Source: an uncultured Gammaproteobacteria bacterium (GTDB lineage: Bacteria; Patescibacteriota; Microgenomatia; CAYXHB01). Taken from it: a stretch of DNA of 64,000 nt. Position 1 is the first letter of the stretch. Every line of letters starts with the position of its first letter. The translations under genes and the position numbers were made by a program. The notes under the pieces are model-generated. The model had not been told where the DNA came from. It saw only the letters and a program-made list of their open reading frames with translations, and made no database searches. Shown here piece by piece: positions 61,177 to 64,000 of this stretch. The stretch lies in assembly GCA_964561945.1 (NCBI GenBank), contig CAZLQM010000002.1, forward strand, positions 13,087 to 77,086, given 5' to 3'.

Positions 61177-62644
61177 TCGCGTATCTGATGCGGGACAACT
61201 TGAGGGACAATCCTTAGAGGTACAGCAAGAGTTGTGTGCTAAATGGGCACGAGAGCACCAGTATCAAGTAGTAGGCGTGTTTACCGATGCAGCCAAGAGT
61301 GGCACCAAAACAGTCGGGCGTGAGGCTTTGGATGATGCCATTATTAGATGTACAGACAAATCTGATCCAGTTGATGTGTTACTTGTCATTGATACAGATA
61401 GACTTGCCAGAAACGAGGTTGATCACTTCTTTATCAAAAATGAATTGAAGAAAACCAACACTCGAATAGTGGCTATCAATCAACCGATGATAAATGATAC
61501 TGCTGAAGGCCAGTTTTTCGAAACCATCATGGCTGGCACCAATGCCTTTTATAGTAGATTGACAGGTAGAAAAGTTAAGAAAACCTTAGAGAAGAAATGC
61601 CGAGATGGTGATTGGCCAGGCCCTCCGCCGTTAGGTTATGTTAACGCCAACATTGGCACCAAAGACAAACCTCATCGAGTTATAAAGATTGATCCAGAAC
61701 GAGGAAAATACTTGACTGAGATGTTTCGGCTGTTTAGCACGGATAAATACAGTGTCGATCAGATCCGAGATATGCTCTATGAGGATGGATTGAGATCCAA
61801 AAATGGCAAAAAAGTGTCTCGCAGTTGCCTCTACAGCTACCTCAAAAATGTTTTCTATATTGGCAAGTTCGTATATAAGGATGAAGAGTACAGAGGAAAT
61901 CACAAACCACTTACCACCAAGACGATCTTTGATCTATGTCAGAAGATAATGGAGAGAAACAACCACAACGCCTGTAGACGAAGGAAATACAAATGGTTGC
62001 TTACAGGTGTGGCCTACTGTCATAAATGTGGCTCCAGACTGTATTGCAGCCATAACCACAAAAAGAAGATGGCCTACTATCACGGCTCATACCCTAAAGG
62101 TTGTAAGCAATATATACCATTGGAAGAGTTAGAGGATTTAGTAGCCGAAGAGTTGAAAAACATCAAGTTTTCAGAGGAGTTTAAGCAAAAGATACATGAC
62201 AAAGCCAAAGAGTTGATCCAACAGACAAGAGAGTCCCGAAATGAGGAGGTTCAGCGTCTAAGGAACAAGGTTAAGGCTCTAGAGACAAGAAGAAACATCC
62301 TAGAAGATAGCCTGCTGGATGGAACAGTTGATAAGGCCACTTTTAAGAGGAAGCATGGGGAGATCAACTATGAGATCCAGGGATACGAGAATGATATTGC
62401 CAATATCGAAAACCAGAGAGGCTTTGATGTTAATCTAGCCTCCGAGATACTCGATCTGGATACCAATCTATACGAAACGTACCAGAACGCCGTTTTTGAG
62501 GCCAAGAAGCATTATCTATCTATTTTCTTTGAAAAAATCGAGGTAGCAGACAAAAAGATCCAACATGTAACCTATTCGCCATTGTTTCAAAAACTACTTG
62601 ATGCCGAACAGGTTACAGTTAGTTCGAAAAGGCTCCCCGACTAG
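61154..62644 (+). CDS. Large serine recombinase (integrase)
   Basis: VIYNRVSD, DRLAR, GPPPLGY, YLKNVFYIG, HKPL, CHKCG zinc ribbon, coiled coil; SD GGAGG; stop inside tRNA-Asn. Confidence 0.95.
   Translation: MKKAVIYNRVSDAGQLEGQSLEVQQELCAKWAREHQYQVVGVFTDAAKSGTKTVGREALDDAIIRCTDKSDPVDVLLVIDTDRLARNEVDHFFIKNELKKTNTRIVAINQPMINDTAEGQFFETIMAGTNAFYSRLTGRKVKKTLEKKCRDGDWPGPPPLGYVNANIGTKDKPHRVIKIDPERGKYLTEMFRLFSTDKYSVDQIRDMLYEDGLRSKNGKKVSRSCLYSYLKNVFYIGKFVYKDEEYRGNHKPLTTKTIFDLCQKIMERNNHNACRRRKYKWLLTGVAYCHKCGSRLYCSHNHKKKMAYYHGSYPKGCKQYIPLEELEDLVAEELKNIKFSEEFKQKIHDKAKELIQQTRESRNEEVQRLRNKVKALETRRNILEDSLLDGTVDKATFKRKHGEINYEIQGYENDIANIENQRGFDVNLASEILDLDTNLYETYQNAVFEAKKHYLSIFFEKIEVADKKIQHVTYSPLFQKLLDAEQVTVSSKRLPD
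62631..62638. repeat. att core, tRNA-proximal end
   Basis: GGCTCCCC identical to 46867-46874. Confidence 0.8.
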
Positions 62645-62704
62645 GACTCGAACCTAGAACCTTGAAGTTAACAGCTTCCTGCTCTGCCATTGAGCTATCG
62701 GGGA
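62633..62704 (-). tRNA. tRNA-Asn(GTT)
   Basis: TCCCCGA/TCGGGGA acceptor stem, GAAG-CTGTTAA-CTTC anticodon arm, CTAGG-TTCGAGT-CCTAG T arm; followed by CCT rather than CCA. Confidence 0.95.
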
Positions 62705-62829
62705 TTAATTTTTAAATAGCCAATACTTACAAAACCCAAAAAGTACCAACTGCACGCTATTATACTCAAAACCCCCAAATTTTAGAAACACTAAAAAACT
62801 CCTCCCGTTGTGATATAAATTTATCTACC

Positions 62830-63681
62830 ATGAACGAAACACCCTATCCCACAATCACCAGATTCCCCATTCCACCACGATCCACCGCCGAAAAGCTCAA
62901 GTCACACATCCATCAAGTCATAGACTTTGGAACAACTCAAGAAGATCAAAAAATCAGTCATGTACTTGAACAACTAACCCAAAAACCCCTACCCAAAGGA
63001 AAACTTCTTCAATCTAGCCTCAGATTTGTTCTATCCCATTTCCCGCAGAAATTTCGTGACAAACATTTTAATAATTACTTTGCAAACGCCCCAATCCCCG
63101 ACGATAACACCCAGCTTGAAGTCATAGGTGAAGGCGGAGTTAACAAAGTATTTGCCATCTCTCTGGACTCTCAATCACCTTCGATTGCAATCGGAATAAG
63201 TAAAAAAGATTTCGAATCCAAAGACGAAGCCTTTACATTTGCAGAACATCAACAACAAGAGCATGACTTAATCGCATCCTTCTTCCAACACATTCCTAAT
63301 GTTATTCCTGACGAACAATACGCTATTTTTCAAGGGCCTCGCCAAAAATATAACGTCATGCACTTCCAAAACTTTGTTGAAGGTCCAATCCGAGATTTTT
63401 TTGATATGCCCGCACAAGAACTCCAAGCATTAATCCAATCCAATCCTCAATTCAATGATCAACTTAAAAAATTTGCACAAACCTGCCATGAACATTCTGA
63501 TTTTTTTATCCAAAGCCAAATTGATTTCCTCGGCCCCAAGAATCTTGCCATAATTGGAAAAGAAGGTCGCGAACAATTATTATTCCTCGACCCGCACTTC
63601 CGACTCAGCGACCACACACCAGACAAAGAACAAGAAATTTCCAACCGAATTGACTATCTCAGTACTGTTGCAAATCTCTAA
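62830..63681 (+). CDS. Divergent protein-kinase-like protein
   Basis: VIGEGGVNKVF Gly-loop, FQNFVEG hinge, IDFLGPKNL, LFLDP. Confidence 0.55.
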   Translation: MNETPYPTITRFPIPPRSTAEKLKSHIHQVIDFGTTQEDQKISHVLEQLTQKPLPKGKLLQSSLRFVLSHFPQKFRDKHFNNYFANAPIPDDNTQLEVIGEGGVNKVFAISLDSQSPSIAIGISKKDFESKDEAFTFAEHQQQEHDLIASFFQHIPNVIPDEQYAIFQGPRQKYNVMHFQNFVEGPIRDFFDMPAQELQALIQSNPQFNDQLKKFAQTCHEHSDFFIQSQIDFLGPKNLAIIGKEGREQLLFLDPHFRLSDHTPDKEQEISNRIDYLSTVANL

Positions 63682-64000
63682 TCTCATCCTCCCAATCTAA
63701 TAACTACAATTCCCTCCAATCCAAAGACCCAATAAATATCTTATAGTATTGCAATAACAACTTACATGCAGTATAATCGCCAACAAGGTTTCTTGTATCA
63801 ATGATCTAGTCATTTTCGACCGGATTAATATACATCTAAACCGCTCTTTGAAAATCCAAGTTTATAAGAATTAGAAAAATCTCGTTTGCTTGTTTATCGT
63901 TTTAAAACAAGCCCCTGTGTTAGCATAAATTTAAGTTTTTCTTGTTCCCTTCGGGGACAGAAAGGAAGTGTCTCATGCGCAACTGGCGCAATCTTACATG

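Larger units (their letters stand above)
46867..62638. mobile_element. Integrative defence island inserted in the tRNA-Asn 3' end by a large serine recombinase
   Basis: Direct repeat GGCTCCCC at 46867-46874 (preceded by T, completing the displaced CCA) and 62631-62638. Loss of host C-skew inside. LSR at the tRNA end, defence cargo. Confidence 0.9.

Noticed and set aside
63943-64000. cUUCGg hairpin and possible gene start at 63976
   Set aside because: Truncated by the window edge; too little sequence to call.

Overview
This 64-kb window looks like a Patescibacteria/CPR chromosome (Microgenomates-like; inferred from the small gene set, the VirD4-like ATPase, paired PBP1A genes and the strong C-over-G skew on the + strand). 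It uses genetic code 11. Bases 1-46.8 kb are backbone: polA 5' end, ftsH, three tRNAs including a rare tRNA-Ile(UAU) with 117-bp tRNA-derived repeats, a Xer-like recombinase, nrdR with two tandem class II RNRs and pduO, two PBP1A genes with a GH18, trpS and assorted accessory genes. Many backbone genes appear leaderless, with an extended -10 box 6-8 nt before the ATG. Bases 46867-62638 are a ~15.8-kb defence island integrated in the 3' end of tRNA-Asn (core GGCTCCCC). It carries type I R-M with a half-size HsdS, an ABC-ATPase-HEPN in the PrrC position, Shedu, and a GmrSD-HEPN fusion. The most striking system is the island's mobility module. The large serine recombinase ORF runs through the att core, so excision would fuse it in frame to a 50-codon tail at the other island end. 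That would also join it to an HTH gene and a ~380-nt highly structured candidate ncRNA. Two apparently catalytically dead serine-recombinase domains sit directly upstream of the integrase. All calls come from reading the sequence; no database search or folding program was run.
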